Assembly: GCF_006345805.1 (NCBI RefSeq) | Contig: NC_042998.1 | Span: forward strand, 6,324,001-6,388,000 | Reading direction: 5' to 3' | Length of the DNA stretch: 64,000 nucleotides | Source of the DNA: Octopus sinensis | Lineage: Eukaryota | Notes under the pieces: model-generated | Databases searched by the model: none | Seen by the model: only the letters and a program-made list of their open reading frames with translations | Told to the model about the DNA's origin: nothing | Shown: positions 52,327-63,520 of the stretch, one piece after another | Position numbering within the stretch: the stretch's first letter is position 1 | Layout of the letters: each line of letters opens with the position of its first letter | Made by a program: the position numbers and the translations under genes

Positions 52327-53625
52327 TTGGGTTGACAACTAAGTTCCCACCATGTTTTTTAAACTTTGGAATTTATTGCGTTTTTAAATTTTGGAATTGA
52401 TTTTTTTCGAGAATTATATTTTTGAATCATTTTAGAATCTATTTTGTTTTTGTTTGTTTTTTTCTAGTTAATTTTAGTTAATTTTTGTTTGTTTTCAGAT
52501 CATTAAAATGTCAAGTTAAGAAAAACAAGCATTTTCAACACCTCCTTCTTTTTGCTTTTAATCAAGGTTGTAAGGTCACAAAAACTGCTCACAACATTTA
52601 TGCAGTGTATGGAGAGGATGCTATAGCTGAAAGAACCGCTTGTGATTGGTATGCCAAGTTCAAAAATGGAAATTTTGACCTCAAAGACGCACCACGTTTT
52701 GGCCATCCAGTTGAGTTCAATGGAGAGCGATTAAACCAACTTTTGCACAAAAATTCTCGTCAAATGACAAAGGAACTGGAAGAGAAAATGGAGTCTCCCA
52801 CACTGCTATAGAGAAGCACCTTCACTTGATGGGAAAGGTTCAGAAGTGTGGAGTATGGGTTCTGCATGCTTTAAGTGACAACAACAAAAATCAACGAGCC
52901 ACAATCTCTGCTGGTTTGCTTGTTCATCACTGCTCAACTCATGGACACAATCAACAATTTCTTTACTGATTCATTACTGGCAACAAAAGATGGTGCCTGT
53001 ACATCAATATGAAGCAGCGTAAGGAATGGCTTAACCCTGGTAAACAAGTGACACCACGCGTGAAACAAGATCTTCCTCAGCATAAAACGATGTTGTGCGT
53101 ATGGTGGTACTGGGAAGGGATTATCCATTACGAATTGCTTGAACGGAACCAAACAGTCAACGCGGAACTCTATGTTCAACAGAAGGAATGACTCAATACG
53201 GCTATTCAAGAGAAAAGACCTAATCATCAGCATGGAGTTCTGCTGCATGACGATGCCCACCCTTATATCGCCAATATGACCAAGGAAGCCATTCAAACGC
53301 ATGGCTGGGAAGTGCTGCCACACCCACTGTACTCTCATGATTTGGCACCAACGGATTTCCACTTCTTTCCATCTCTTTCAAATGCTATGCACGGAGTTTC
53401 ATTCAATACTGATGCAGAATTGAGAGCTTTGTTGGATCATCAATTTTTCAAGTCGAAATCAGGTGATTTCTATCAATGAGGTATTGAAATTCTTGTTGAA
53501 CATTGGGAAGAAGTTGTAAACAACACAGGTGAATACATTATTGATTAATTAGTTGTTATTTTTTATCAAACCATTTAAAAGATTTAAATTTTTAAAAAAC
53601 TGCGGGAACTTAGTTGCCAACCTAA
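52327..53625 (+). mobile_element. Full-length degenerate mariner (about 1.3 kb)
   Basis: TIRs ttgggttgacaactaagttccc / gggaacttagttgccaacctaa. Remnants WYAKFKNGNFDLKDAPRFGHP, KTMLCVWWYWEGIIHYELL, HPLYSHDLAPTDFHFFPSL, with multiple frameshifts and stops. Confidence 0.93.
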
Positions 53626-54209
53626 AACTTGATTCATTTGCAAACTTTCATACAAGAACAACATCTTAAGAAAATACAAAATCACAGTAATTTCAATGTA
53701 GTGATTAATGAAAGTGAAACCGGTGAACAACCAGAATATTCTTTCATCTAAAATATATTAAAATTATGTAAACTCTATGAATTTTCCTTCTATATTTTCT
53801 GCATTACCAGTCACCAGTTAGGGATAATCGAAATTCTCTTCCCCACTTTTCTTACTATATATATAGCATTGAATAAAAATATAGAGATATAGGTCCAAGC
53901 ATGGCTTATGTGGTAAAGAAGCCTGCTTTGCAACCATGTGGCTTTGATTTCAATGCCACTGCACACCACTTTCGGCAACTGTCTTTGACTTAATGCCAAC
54001 CAATGTCATGGAAGTGAATATGAGAGCCAGAAATCATATGGAAGCCTGTTGTATGCATGCACACAAACACACACACACATATATACATACATGTAACACA
54101 CTGCCTATAATACCAATCTTGAGAAATTAGGTTTCTCAAAACCAAAAAGGAGAAACCCGATTCGAAGACTACAAATCCATTGGAACTGTAAAAATTTGTA
54201 AAACTTTCC

Positions 54210-54381
54210 AGGCGCAGGAGTGGCTGTGTGGTAAGTAGCTCACTAACCAACCACATGGTTCCGGGTTCAGTCCCACTGCGTGGCATCTTGGGCAAGTGTC
54301 TTCTGCTATAGCCTCGGGCCGACCAATGCCTTGTGAGTGGATTTGGTAGACGGAAACTGAAAGAAGCCTGTCATATATATG

Positions 54382-54412
<31 letters not shown>

Positions 54413-54624
54413 TTGTGTGTCTGTGTTTGTTCCCCCAACATCGCTTGACAACCGATGCTGGTATGCTTACATCCACGTCACTTAGCGGTTCGGCAAAAGA
54501 GACCGATACTGGGTTTACAAAGAATAAGTCCTGGGATCGATTTGCTCGACTAAAGGCGGTGCCCCAGCATGGCCGCAGTCAAATGACTGAAACAAGTAAA
54601 AGAGTAAAAGAGTAAAAAGAGTAA
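54210..54624 (+). mobile_element. SINE-E
   Basis: Full head and tail. Confidence 0.9.
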
Positions 54625-54949
54625 GTATATCTGAGCATGTTTAGATATGCAAGTATATGCATGAGAAGACATACATAACACAAAACATACAAATCCGCAC
54701 GCATATATACATAGCAAAATACCCTGTTGTTGATGTTGAAATTCCAACAAAGGAGCCAGCTTTTTCTCTATTGGCAAGAAATCTTGAAATAAAACTGAAT
54801 AATGACAGACATACATACATACATACATACACACATATATGTGCATATGTACACACATATATGTGTGTTTGTTCCTGCCCACTGCTAAACAACCTATGCT
54901 GGTTTCTTTATGTCCCTTTAAACCTTTTGTTAACGTATTCATTTTGAGA

Positions 54950-56022
54950 CTAGCAGTATCACCCAGTGTTGCTTGGGTCTGTTTCAACCCTTTAGAATTG
55001 GAATATTTGAAAAGTAAAAATTTTGCATTATGCAACTTGTTATTCTCTTCATTTTTCCAGTTGAAATACACCGAAAAATGGTGACACAGCAGTCAAAAAA
55101 TTGTAAAAAATAGAGATTTTCATGGAAAAAAAGCACCTTTTTGATGTAAATAATTTTTGGTCTTAACATGGTCCAATTTGAATTTTATCTTCTACAGAAT
55201 GAAGAACAAGCCTTCTTCTATCATACTCTCAATTTTGGTCAACTTGCACTGCAGGGTCTCGAAGGAGATAGTGTTAGTTGAAGGCTACTAAACCTGCCAC
55301 ACACAGACAACTTCAGCTTCATATATATAGATTTGCTACACATTACTTTCCATCCTTAATAATGAAACTTGGTAGATCCAAAAGTTAAACACACAGATAC
55401 ACACACACAAGTTGAGTTTTATATATATAGATTTCTCAACAGGGATTTCAGGGGAGAGTTTCAGGGAGTCGCTGGCGATGTATCGTGATGATCAAAAATC
55501 CGGCCTGCTAAAATTTGGTTAAAGTGATTCAAACTGCAGACTCAATGCAAAATGGTCACATTTAATTCAAAGCGTTAAAAATGTTATGAAAACAATTGGT
55601 ATGTGTTCACAAAGTCCAAATGATTAATACGAAAAAACCCTCCAGGCTACATCCCAAAAATTCATTTCTTTGCCGAATTTCTACAATGTTTACGGCGATT
55701 CGTTTTTATATCTTGATTTATTATTTTTCATGCAATTTACGCATGCTTGCACGCGTGGTGAACACAGTTCATGTCAAACAGCTGACTGAGTAAAGTTCAC
55801 TATTCAATGCATGGGATAAGGCCTAAACAAACACATTATCGATTTTTGCACTTGCGAGATGAATTTCGGAACAGAAATAGCGCAGTTCAATTTTCATTCG
55901 CCTAAACTTTAAGTGACCCATTTTGGGTGGTTCTACGATTTGTTGGCTAGGAGGAGATGTGCCAGGAAGTTAAACACACAGACACACACACAGATACACA
56001 AGTTGAGTTTTATATATATAGA
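54950..56022 (-). mobile_element. Composite Helitron: three 5' termini, one 3' terminus
   Basis: ATCTATATATAT(A/G)AA starts at 56022, 55431 and 55331; a single ..aagcaacactgggtgatactgCTAG end at 54950. Confidence 0.75.
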
Positions 56023-56859
56023 TGTTCTGTGTTTCTTTTAATTAATTTTAACTATAACAAAGAATTTCGTAAAATAAGTTTGGTGCAAGACTTTAATTCA
56101 GAACTTACGAAAGCAAGACATTTGTTCTACAGAGCCAGAGGTGGTTTCAGCCAGGTTGGTATCGAAAGGGTTAACTTAGCAGTCTGGCCATAGAAATTGA
56201 CAGAATAAGTAATAGACTAAAAAGTAAATACTGAGGTTAATTTGTTCAAATAAACCCTTTTGCGGCAGTCCTCCAGAATGGCCACAGCCCAAAGACTGAC
56301 ACAAGTAAAAGACAGAAGATACATTCTATAAAACCAAATAGCTTTGAAATGAAACACTGTTTAATATTCAAACTTTAATACTGAATAATTTCTGCTAATA
56401 TTGATTAGTCACTAGTTAATTAGTATTGATTATATTAAGAGCAGTTAATCAATTAGTCAATGAACTATTATAGATAATAAACAAAGATGAATACTTAAGA
56501 TCACAAATAAATACAACAATGCTGTCTCAGTATTAGTAATGCCATGGGAAAGAACAATGGAAATTTCCAAAGAGACAGAAAAGAGAAGACATTCTGAGTT
56601 GCTGTGACTTCTACCTGATACTCTAGAAGCAGAGGACAAAGTTAAAATGATGAATACAAATTTTATTAATGATATAAGAAAATAGATTAAAATTATATCA
56701 TCAGACGGGAAAATGATAAATATGCTAATTAGCAGATATCTTGAATCACCTACTTATTTCAGTCATTGGACTGTCTTTCAATACCAGACTGTATATCTAG
56801 ACATTTTTTGGCCAACATTCTATGCAGCAGAAACATGTGAATACTTTATCTTTATCTTT

Positions 56860-57071
56860 GTGACCTCGTGAGTACCGTTGACAATTTTTTTTCCTCTGTC
56901 TTCCCTTCTCTGGATCTTTCCTTCTCCTATGTTTCCAACGAAGAGCTCCACTCGAAACGTCAAACCCTCCTTCTTCCCTTCATTCCTGAGCGTCCAATAA
57001 TACTTTATTTGTTCCACGTCCTCGCGTTGTTGTGTTTTTTTTTTTTTTTGTGTTTTCTTGTTTGGATTAAC
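56860..57071 (+). mobile_element. Short non-autonomous element carrying HHR1, ending at a (TA)n tract (Penelope-like/retrozyme-like)
   Basis: CpG-containing island with a minimal hammerhead motif, ending at the TA tract 57072-57084; left boundary approximate. Confidence 0.5.
56931..56965 (+). ncRNA. Degenerate minimal type I hammerhead (HHR1), core mutated
   Basis: GUUU-CCAACGA-A-GAG(CUCCA)CUC-GAAACGUC-AAAC. Stems I and II, the ACGU palindrome and the GUC triplet are present, but CUGANGA reads CCAACGA. Confidence 0.6.
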
Positions 57072-57084
57072 TATATATATATAT

Positions 57085-57434
57085 GTGTTTCTGATACTGT
57101 TGATAACTCACTCTGATATTTATCATTGTTTGATTTCACTTTTTCAATATCAGTGTCACTGAACACTGGAAAAAGTATATGTATTTGTAAAGAGGACCTC
57201 CTTCCAATCGACAACTGTGATTGTCACACGCTGATGATAGGTCAATACCTTGAAACTCGGGTCCGTGTGTATCATAAGTTGAAGACGGGAAGGATGGCTT
57301 CCCTTTGCAAATACTGATAGGGCACAGAAAGTGTATCTATAGCCAGCTGGAGGAGATGTCTTCCTGGGGCTAAAAACTACAGTAGCATCCACCCTTAGGG
57401 GTTAGCCATATTCAAATGGCATATTTACATCACG
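57085..57434 (+). mobile_element. About 350 bp element carrying HHR2, bounded by (TA)n tracts
   Basis: Lies between TA tracts 57072-84 and 57435-61 and contains the intact hammerhead. Confidence 0.55.
57199..57294 (+). ncRNA. Type I hammerhead ribozyme, intact core (HHR2)
   Basis: Stem I CACACG 57225-30 / CGUGUG 57264-69. Core CUGAUGA 57231-37; stem II AGGU-CAAU-ACCU; GAAA 57252-55; quasi-palindromic stem III ACUCGGGU; GUC cleavage triplet 57261-63. Stem I extends through GUGAU/AUCAU, CAAC/GUUG and UCCUUCC/GGAAGGA. Confidence 0.88.
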
Positions 57435-57461
57435 ATATATATATATATGTATGTATATATA

Positions 57462-57950
57462 GACGAATGAGATGAAGAAAATAAAGAAAATTCTTTAACA
57501 TGTCTTTAATGATTTGTTACAGCTGTTTCTGTACCAATTCTATTTTCAATGCCAGTTTACAAAACGATTCTAAATGAGAATTTACATGATGTTTGTGATT
57601 TTAGGCATTAGAGAAGCACTTCATCAGACTAGTATCAAAAGTGTGTTGTCCCACTATGCGTCTTCCAGACCTTGTTTTTCGGCTTACATCAGGAGAGAGT
57701 GAGTCAAGAAAAGAAAGAAAAGGGTACTAAATGCATTTCTGAGTTACATGTATTATTTAAAACAGTTTGATTCGGTTCTATGCAATTTAAAGTTTTATAG
57801 GCCCCTAACAGGAGGCTGTCTCTTTCCGGCTTTGTATTCAGAAATCTAAAACCTAAAAGAGATGGGTTCCTCTTAAGGGCTTTCAAAACTTTCGGTCCCA
57901 CAGAACTGAATTATTAATGAAACTAGCTTTCACGAATGTGTCATATATTC
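57462..57950 (-). mobile_element. Element carrying HHR3, 3' end at the shared (TA)n tract
   Basis: The hammerhead-bearing strand ends about 55 nt after the cleavage site at TA tract 57435-61; distal boundary uncertain. Confidence 0.4.
57511..57636 (-). ncRNA. Type I hammerhead ribozyme with long stem II (HHR3)
   Basis: Minus strand: CUGAUGA at 57627-57621; about 90 nt foldable stem II (GUGC/GUAC, UUCU/AGAA, AAUGCC/GGCAUU, ACAAAC/GUUUUGU, AUUCU/AGAAU); GAAA 57529-26; perfect palindrome ACAGCUGU; GUA triplet. Stem I is short and imperfect. Confidence 0.68.
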
Positions 57951-58370
57951 AAATAAGCAGCTCCAATTTGTGCAAATATAAAACTTTATTTCAATGCTAT
58001 GCTATACTACAGAATATATATCTAAGCCCTTAGCAAAAGTGGATTTATAAACAGTGTCTCTTGGACCTCAGAGAGGTACTCTGTGACTGACTGAAACTAA
58101 TCCAATGTGCAGATGTGGCAGTCTACTTAAAAAACTTGTCTGCCAACCACATAGTTTCAGTTTCAGTCCCACAGCATGGCACCTTGGCTAAGTCTCTTAT
58201 ACTATAGCCTTGTAACTGCCTCATGGATTTGGTAGACAAAAAGCTGGAAATAAGCTCACCATATACTCAAAAACTTTGCTCAATCCATATAAGCATGGAA
58301 AAGTGGACATTAAAACAATGCTGAAGAGGATGATTTTTCAAATTATCAGGCAGTCAAGAATGTGTTATAT

Positions 58371-58782
58371 TCTTTTACTTGTTTCAGTCATTTGACTGTG
58401 GCCATGCTGGAGCACCGCCTTTAGTCGAGCAAATCGACCCCGGGACTTATTCCTTGTAAGCCCAGTACTTATTCTATCGGTCTATTTTGCAGAACCACTA
58501 AGTGACGGGGACGTAAACACACCAGCATCGGTTGTCAAGCAATGCTAGGGGGACAAACACAGACAAACACACACACACACGCACACACATATATATATAT
58601 ACATATATATATACATATATACGACAGGCTTCTTTCAGTTTCTGTCTACCAAATCCACTCACAAGGCATTGGTCGGCCCGGGGCTCTAGTAGAAGACACT
58701 TGCCCAAGATGCCACGCAGTGGGACTGAACCCGAAACCATGCGGTTGGTTAGCAAGCTACTTACCACACAGCCACTCCTGCA
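58371..58782 (-). mobile_element. SINE-E
   Basis: Full head and tail. Confidence 0.9.
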
Positions 58783-58882
58783 CTATGCAAAAAGATTTTG
58801 TAAAATAACTCTGTTCAAAGTCTTTAGTAAGAGTGAGTTTCCAACCAGTGTCTGTGTGAATAGCTAAATTAGGTAAAAGAGT

Positions 58883-59192
58883 AAAGACCCACTTCAGTCA
58901 TGAATGACCTAGAAAGTTCTTCTCCAAAGCACAAGTCCAGGCAAAGTTATTTACGGAAGACCAGCAGTCGACCATGCATACCAGCCTCCCTTCTCCATGC
59001 CACCAATGTTATCCAAATGAAAAGGCAATGGCCAATAGAGCTTGACACCAGTGATGTCACAACTCATTTCTGGAGCAATGTAAAATAAAATGTCTAGCTC
59101 AAGAACACAACACACAGACTAGTCTGGGAATCGAACTCACTACCTCATGATTGTGAGCCCAATGCTCTAACCACTGTGTCATGTGCTTTCAC
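58883..59192 (-). mobile_element. tRNA-headed SINE-H
   Basis: As above. Confidence 0.72.
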
Positions 59193-59351
59193 ACATTTAA
59201 AGAAGGTACTCAGTTGCTGATGCTGTCTCAACACAGGATTGAAACTGGTCCGACTGATCCTACATCTCCTACCCACAAAAATAGTGTTTACATCTGTCAA
59301 TTTCATAAAGTGCAGGCTAAATTCTAGAGATACACTCTGGAGACTTGTATA

Positions 59352-59766
59352 TATTTTTCTTTACTGCCCACAAGGGGCTAAACACAGAGAGGACAAACAA
59401 GGACAGACAAAGGGATTAAGTCGATTACATCGATCCCAGTGCGAAACTGGTACTTAATTTATCGACCCCGAAAGGATGAAAGGCAAAGTCGACCTCGGCG
59501 GAATTTGAACTCAGAACGTAACAGCAGACGAAATGCCTTTTTCTCTACTGCCCACAAGGGGCTAAACACAGAGGGGACAAACAAGGACAGACAAAGGGAT
59601 TAAGTCGATTACATCAATCCCAGTGCGAAACTGGTATTTCATTTATCGACCCCAAAAGGATGAAAGGCAAAGTCAACCTCGAAGGAATTTGAACTCAGAA
59701 CGTAACGACAGACGATATACCGCGAAGCATTTTGCCTGGCGCGCTAACGTTTCTGCAGCTCGCTGC
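59352..59766 (-). mobile_element. SINE-F head-to-tail dimer
   Basis: Junction at 59537/59538; flanked by cttgtata at 59344-51 and 59767-74. Confidence 0.88.
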
Positions 59767-60757
59767 CTTGTATACAGCAATGTCATAGTTATATACTAGC
59801 TGAATTATTCTATAACTAATTTTGAAATAAGGTAGTGATAATCTTTTTATATCAATTATTGTATAGAAGGAAGTAACTAGACAAATTTCTATTGATTTTT
59901 TGAAGCTAGCATCTCTCTGGCTGTATTCTATTTCATTGCTTCCTTTATTAATACTAACCATTCTCTAAGATGCTTAATATCAAAGACAGAAAATAGCCTA
60001 GCTTCATAACAGGATGATACTAATTCGATCAAACTAAAAATGACATTTTATTAACAACTGAGCAACGGCTTATCGTCAAGCTAAATAAATCAGCTTCCGA
60101 TATGAAAACTACTCAATGAATATTTCATCCTTCAACAGTTGACTGAATAAATAAATACCAGTAACATGTTGAGACATGTTCATTTTATAGGTTCTATAAA
60201 TATTTGATTGACAGTTCATATGCTATAGGTATGTCTGTCCAGAGCTAGATAAGGATGGCCTCTAACAGTAAAAGTCCAGACTGCATTTGCAATTTATATT
60301 AACTTTTCTGATTACATCAACATTATTGAAAAAAAATTTTTTTTTGTCTCATACGTAGTTCCAGTGAGCCAGAGAAAATCTCATAATTGACTTAATTTCT
60401 GTGGATTTTCAATAAATGAAACTGAACACCATCAATCAGTTTAGTCACCTTTATATACATATCTGAATCTACTTCAAATTCATATATTAATTATTTGCAG
60501 CACAGTGAATGTATCCTTATGAAATACAAGACATAAGCTTTACAAACATCAAAAACCAGTAGTTCTATATATTATTACCATATGCAAAGAAGCCTACAAA
60601 CATATCAAGCAAAACTACATTCTAGTTTGTGATCTTAAATAGAACTCTAGTCTAGTAAGTAGACAACCCATTTGACCTTTTAGCATTCAGATTACTCTGT
60701 CAAATGTAAAGTTTATTTAGACTCATCGTTTTGAATTCAACATTATTTCATAGCTTT

Positions 60758-61190
60758 AAGGCGGTGAGCTGGCAGAAACGTTAGCACGCCGGGCAAAATG
60801 CTTAGTGCTATTTCGTCTGCCACTACGTTCTGAGTTCAAATTCTGCAAAGGTCGACTTTGCCTTTCATCCTTTCGGGGTCGATTAAAATAAGTACCAGTT
60901 ACGCACTGGGGTCGATATAATCGACTTAATCCGTTTGTCCTTGTTTGTCCCCTCTGTGTAGCCTCTTGTGGGTAGTAAAGAAATAAGAATCGTTAGCACA
61001 CAGGGTGAAATGCTCAGTGGCATTTTGTCCGTCTTAACGTTCTGAGTTCAAATTCTGCCGAGGTTGACTTTGCCTTTCATCCTTTCTGGGTCGAAAAAAT
61101 AAGTACCAGTTAAGCACGTGGGTTGATGTAATCAACCATCCCTTATCCCTCAAACTTGTTGGTCATGTGCCAAAATGTGAAACCAACCTC
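60758..61190 (+). mobile_element. SINE-F plus F-variant composite inside MITE-2
   Basis: Whole block flanked by tcatagcttt at 60748-57 and 61191-200. Confidence 0.85.
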
Positions 61191-61632
61191 TCATAGCTTT
61201 GAAATTTTGATGATGTGATGGTTTATTCTTTTAGAATGACATTGTAAGGTAGATGTGAGAAATCGGTACTTACTAGTTGGAACATAAAATATTCAGGCTG
61301 GATATGGATGGTTTAAACGTTCAAGAGTTAAGACACATGGTTCATACATTAATTTGTTTGTCTTAAATCAGCTTTTCCATGCTGGTTTGGGCTCGATGAT
61401 GAATTATTGAGGCCACATTTTAAGGCTGGATGTTTTTCCCATCATCAACCTTACCCACTTAAATTTCACATAAAGGAATTTGTTATTCCACCAGTCGTTA
61501 CAAGTTGAAAGTGCAGAGACACAGATCCATCGGTTAAGGGAATGTAAACAATGGCATCACTGCTTAGGTCAGACGCTGTCATGTGAAGACACATTCAAAC
61601 ACACGTATCTGACAAATAACCATCCAATTTCT

Positions 61633-62028
61633 TATTTCTTTACTGCCCACAAGGGGCTACACACAGAGGGGACAAACAAGGACAGACAAATGGATTAAGT
61701 CAACTATTTCGATCCCAGTGCGTAACTGGTACTTATTTAATCAACCCCGAAAGGCAAAGTTGACCTCGGCAGAATTTGAACTCGGAACGAAGTGGAAGAC
61801 GAAATACCTATTTCTTTACTAGCCACAAGGGGCTAAACACACAGAGGACAGACAAACAGATTAAGTCAATTACATCGACCCCAGTGCATAACTGGTACTT
61901 AATTTATCGACCCCGAAAGGATGAAAGGCAAAGTCGACCTCGATGGAATTTGAACTCAGAACGTAGCGGCAGACGAAATACCGCTAAGCATTTCGCCCAG
62001 CCTGCTAACGTTTCTGCCAGCTCGCTGC
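61633..62028 (-). mobile_element. SINE-F head-to-tail dimer
   Basis: Junction at 61808/61809; 12 bp TSD catccaatttct at 61621-32 and 62029-40. Confidence 0.9.
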
Positions 62029-63239
62029 CATCCAATTTCTATCAATCTAGTTCTCTTACCATAACAGATCAACCTCAAGCTAAAGCAGAAGACACTTGCC
62101 CACAGTGCCACAAGTAGAACAGAACCCAAACCACTTTGATACAAAGCAAATTCTGTGGCCACCCATCCATACTTACGGCAACAGTTGATTTCATTAACTT
62201 AATAAGCCTTTACAGAAACCTATTTTGTTGCCATGTACCAATGTTAAGCAGAGAAAGCAATGTTTTAAATGGACTTGTGTAAAATGAAGATTTTTATATT
62301 TCAGATAATGGTCAAATGTTAATAACTAAATCCTGCGTGAACCTTCAATAAATATCAGCTTCATCAACCACAAGCAGAGCATCACAATAAGAACTGATTA
62401 CTAACCATTCCACCTGAGCAACGTCATTATGCTCATGTCGAATTATAACGATAATAATTCGGATCATCTAAGCAAATATTGAAATGTTTCTCTTTCAAAA
62501 TCTATAATTGTTCTGGCTACCTCTTAGCTTCAACACACAATAATTCAAACAAGAATCCTGAAACTGATCCTTAACAATACTGCAGTCCCTCTTTCAACCT
62601 ATTTCTGACTATTTGAACTTTTATGATGTGCAGATTATCCAAAAGGTACGTATAGAATGATTGTGTTTAGAATTAAGAATTTGGACAAATACATGTGGCA
62701 ATGATTGCTAATTTATACGAAGCTAATCTGGGAAATAAGTCTTAAAGACATTAACAAAACAGCATCCACTGGGAATCGAAACGAGATCAGAACTGCTTCA
62801 ACGAAAGAAGAAAAACAACAACAACAAAAATAAGGTTTAGATAATAACAATTTCTGATTTACGACCAGCAATCTCAAGGGGTGGTGTTAGTCAACAGCAT
62901 TGTTCCAAGTATTTGAGTAGTAATTTATTTTACCAACCTCAGAGGGATGAAAGGCAAAGTTAATTTGATGAAATCTGAACCCAATAAGTTGTGGCTAATA
63001 ATGGTTTCAAATTTTGGCATCAAGACCAGCAATTTTAGAGCATGGGTTTAATGGATTGCATTAATTCAATCAATACTTATTTTATTGACCTCAAAAGAAT
63101 GAAAGGCATAGTTGACCTCGTTGGAAATTTGAACTTAGAAAGTGAAAAGTTAGAAGAAATGCTGCAAAACGTTTTGTCCGACATGTTAACAATTTTTCCA
63201 GCTCACTACTTTAAGGTATGGTAAATCACCACCACCACC

Positions 63240-63520
63240 ACCACCACCATCATCATCATCATCGTTTAATGTCCGTTTTCTATGCTGGCATGGGTTGGAC
63301 GGTTTGACTTGGGACTGGCAAGCCAGGAGGCCACACTGGACTCCAATCTGATCTGGCAATGTTTCTACAGCTGGATGCCATTCCTAATGCCAACCACTCC
63401 AAGAGTGTAGCGGGTGCTTTTTACATGCCACCGGCACAGGAGCCAGTCAGGGGAGGGGGGCTGACATTGACCCCCCCCCCATTCAGATTGTGCTTTTTAC
63501 GTGCCGCCAGCACAGGAAGC
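63240..63520 (-). mobile_element. Family G element
   Basis: Same motifs. Confidence 0.78.

Noticed and set aside
13885-58867. Recurrent ORFs MSSNARGTN.., MLGGQTQT.., MPKMPRSGTEPG.. and ..LQLDALPNANHS..
   Set aside because: Chance frames in SINE-E and family G copies, not a gene family.
62345-62467. Minus-strand LLVVDEADIY resembling the DEAD motif
   Set aside because: A stop follows three codons later, the context is not helicase-like, and it lies upstream of the exons it should follow.
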